A stretch of DNA of 64,000 nt. It comes from Klebsormidium nitens (lineage: Eukaryota > Plantae > Klebsormidiophyceae). Shown piece by piece: positions 61,101-64,000 of this stretch. Every line of letters starts with the position of its first letter. Positions within the stretch are counted from its first letter, which is position 1. A model generated the notes under the pieces. It did no database searches. It worked only from the letters and a program-made list of their open reading frames with translations, and was not told the DNA's origin. The stretch spans positions 310,001 to 374,000 of the forward strand of contig DF236967.1 of assembly GCA_000708835.1 (NCBI GenBank), given 5' to 3'. Made by a program: the position numbers and the translations under genes.

Positions 61101-64000
61101 TCCAGATGACACCGCTCGAGCTTCGTACTCACCACTCCGCTCTGCACAATCACACTCACTTTGCCCAGTGCCAGCACGGCACTGCAGGGCAGAGGTGGGG
61201 CCTTCGGACCTGCCGGGCTGGTTCGGAAAGCACCTTCCGACTTGAACAACGACTCTCCGTTCGACTGGGATTCGCTATCTAAGACCTGCTCTATATGTAC
61301 AGGAACGATTTGGGCCAGGTCAGGTCGCCCATCGCTCTTCGGATTGCCCTCGACTGTCACGACTCTGAATTCCATGACTCTATCGATCTCTAAGGCAAAC
61401 GCCTCCATGCTGAACCGCACCTGCTCCACAGCCGCTCGCTTCTTGCGCTTCGGCTGGCTCTTCTTGGCTGACGAGTCTTTGCTAGGGTCCTTCGCAAACT
61501 TCCCCTTGAGGTACGCCAAAAGCGCGTCGCTCTCCTTGACCAGAGCGCGGATCTGCTGCATATCCAAAAACAGGCCACCGCCCACGATTTCGATCTGCAC
61601 CGCCCGCACGTCGCCCGTTGCAGAAGCGCTTGCCGGATCCTCGGCTTCCAACCCCTGCGAACCCCACTGCACCTCCAAGTGCCTAAGCCGAAGCAGCTTT
61701 GCGAAATGGGTCTCGGGGGCGCTCGAGAGGAGGAGCGGGTCAGACGAGAGCCGTTTGATGGAGCGCCCGATGGCCTCCGGCTCCACGAAGTGGAAGAGAA
61801 GCTCGTCGAACTCGCAATTTGCCTCCAGGACCTGGGGCCCAGACGCTGCAATCCAGGTGTGTGCCGAGTGCGCGGTGACCTGTAGAGAAACTTGTGACGG
61901 ATTTGATTCCAACAGGTCATTATGTCTTTTCGAGAGGTCGGTGCATACAGTGACCAAAGAAATGGCCTCAGCAGATGGCAACAGTCGAGGGGGAGATATA
62001 TAGGGGGCTTTTGACCCGAGAAGACACTTGACAGTCGACGGCTTCTCGAGTACGCACCTCTTGTGGCTTTAAGATAGAAGCTAGGCACGAAATGCACCCT
62101 ATTGAAGACCTGAGACAAGACGAACTTAAAAAGCACTGTGCCCCCCGAGCTGATGCGTTCAGAAGGTTTGTCAAAGATCCATAAACCAACTTCAAACAAA
62201 GCCACCTTACCTTTAATACTTCGACTTCGAATGGACCATAGAGAACGAGAACAGCATCTGGGGCCGAAACGGCCACGTCCCACAAAAGCTTGCTCGACTT
62301 TCGCTTCTTCGCTCCCGCTGCAGCCGGCTCTCCGGACCCCAGTTCTCCAGCCCCGCTTTCTGCCCCCACCGCCCCCTGTCCTCCCGGACTCCTAACACTT
62401 TTGCCCACCGCCGACCGGTGCGCCTTCCTGCTCTGAAGAAACTTAACCGCGCCAAGTGCAATCGTCAGCCACGGGTCAAGGTTTGGTGACACGTTGCACG
62501 TTGCCCCCCCGACTTTGACATCTACTGCGGCCCTGAGCGGCTCCCCTTGGCTGGAAGGGACTTGGATAGACGCGTGTACCACGCTGCGAACAACATCGAC
62601 CAGCGCCATGTCCGTGCCACGGAGAAGCTGCACAAACAGCGTGCACGCAGTCAGGACGACGAAAGTCGAACAAACCAACCATTATAAAAGCGCATTACCA
62701 TCAAAGGTCTGTTGGGCTGAATTTCTAATTTCGCGAGACATTTAGCGAGATAACTTGTGCACGTGCTCAGCTGTGCTTCCAATCTGGTGTAAGGGGCAAA
62801 GATATCTCAAAGATCTCGAGACGTACCTCAAAAGCGCCGCATTGACACTGCACGTCAAGCAGCCCCGAAGATCCCGCCTGATGATCGGCCTGCGTCCCCT
62901 TAGCTTCCACTTGCAGACCCGTGAATCCGCTCAGCAGGACATGCTCCAGGCTTGCATGAGCCCAGGAGACTTTCAGGCAGGGCAGCTGGAAAGTCACTTG
63001 ATCTGGCAGCCGGAAGCCGCGTTTACTGTCGTTGAGAGCATCCCCATCGTGACTTGGACCATCACTGGGTTGCAAGAGGTCGTTCAGAGCGCTAGCTGCC
63101 TGTGCTGCAGCTGCACCGTCTACAGAAGCAGCTAACGGAGATCTCCCTTGTAGATCAACATTCTTGGCAGCCTGGTGCACCTCTTCTTCTAGAAGGTTCC
63201 ACGGAGCGGAGGGATCGAGGGTGGTAGAGCCCGCGGCCGATTGCTGGCTTTCGATGGACTCCGACCTGGCCGGTGTGGCGCTCTCAACGGTCCCCTCTAG
63301 ATGAAGCCAGGCAAGCTGCTCGTTTAGATTGACTGCCATTTCGCCGCAAGCAACCCCTGCCTGCATTACGCAGATTCCATGCGCCTTCTCGAAACCCACG
63401 GCTAGGTCAATCACCATGCTCTCCAAGGTCACTACAGGTACGCAGACCTCTGTCTTCTTCGAGCCAGACAGAAGAGAGAGGAGGCTGTGCAAGCGGGTAC
63501 TCTGCTCCTCTGCGGTTCTGCATATCAGCAGGTGCCAGGGAAGGCACTCCAGCCGCAGGTTCAGGCGGTTCGTGGCATGTCTCTGACAGTCCAGGTCCAA
63601 AAAGTTCATATGCAGAGAGACATTATCCACCTGCACAAAAGTGAGTTCAGGGACATCTGAAACACGGTGCCTGACAACAAACTTCACATTTTCCCGCAGA
63701 AGTGATGATTGTGTACAAAGATTCAGAATAACAAGCAGAAGGCTCTTTGGGATCATTCAGGGATTTCAAACTTCATCTCAAGTGATCAAGTACAATCTCG
63801 ACAACCTCCATTTACTGAAAGCCATCTGTTTAACCAAAAAGTTTCTTTGAAGAAGAAGCACAGTCGATATGAAGCGGCCAATGTGGAACTCTCAATGCCA
63901 GGGAAGCCAATGCTCTTACCTTTGTTGAAGTGAAGATCACGTCCGTCATGGAGACATGTAGAAGACCGACAACTCTTGAAAGAAACCACCAAACACCAGT
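49109..64000 (-). CDS. SAB: SABRE/KIP (FMP27/Hobbit/BLTP2) bridge-like lipid transfer protein, multi-exon, 5' truncated by the window end
   Basis: IEDEPFQSWLDLHY, PPMKLRSFARCPRFGVPRGKRSGNLGLDKVLTELMLKV, LRVSLHGLKLLWTLPNRDAVWSW, FMINVTQPQFNLHS/GRFLLAAASGRVLARSFH, LERVFTPCTMVFQYTRH, DIHPLRIHLTESLYRMLFEYVFP, ELVATYEGS..FTGDWRRLFYKVKKHIIWGVLKSVAG, GFVSSVKGLFNAQRRKAKA. The last exon ends GSVRAEER* at 49109. Confidence 0.94.
54640..54729. repeat. 45-nt near-perfect tandem duplication in a SABRE intron
   Basis: GTGACGTACAGGTGGAAGGTTCTTCCAACCAGGAAT(C/T)GCCAAGGT occurs twice. Confidence 0.9.

Overview
Eukaryotic, intron-rich nuclear DNA with GC-rich exons and GT-AG introns of mostly 0.2-0.8 kb. A DRM methyltransferase, plant-type SABRE, SUF4, a PDR transporter and a plastid-type AK-HSDH suggest a streptophyte green alga, possibly Klebsormidium-like (inference). 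Gene order: 3' end of a PDR/ABCG transporter (+); aspartate kinase-homoserine dehydrogenase (-); assembly gap; SUF4/ZNF207-like zinc finger (-); a small SMP/LEA-motif protein with a C-terminal membrane anchor (+); a bacterial-type zinc alcohol dehydrogenase with three introns (-); VPS11 (-); a Josephin deubiquitinase (+); an unrecognised large protein with about 10 WRC-like C-x10-C-x2-H zinc modules, possibly joined to an upstream winged-helix/EAR exon (-); a 0.9 kb non-coding foldback element with terminal inverted repeats; a DRM-type cytosine methyltransferase (-); and most of a SABRE/KIP (BLTP2/FMP27) gene (-) running off the right end. The least explained part is the 32-47 kb block: zinc-finger array gene, foldback element and DRM. 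No rRNA, tRNA or CRISPR array is supported. Exon boundaries were read by eye and family assignments rest on recalled motifs; no searches were run.
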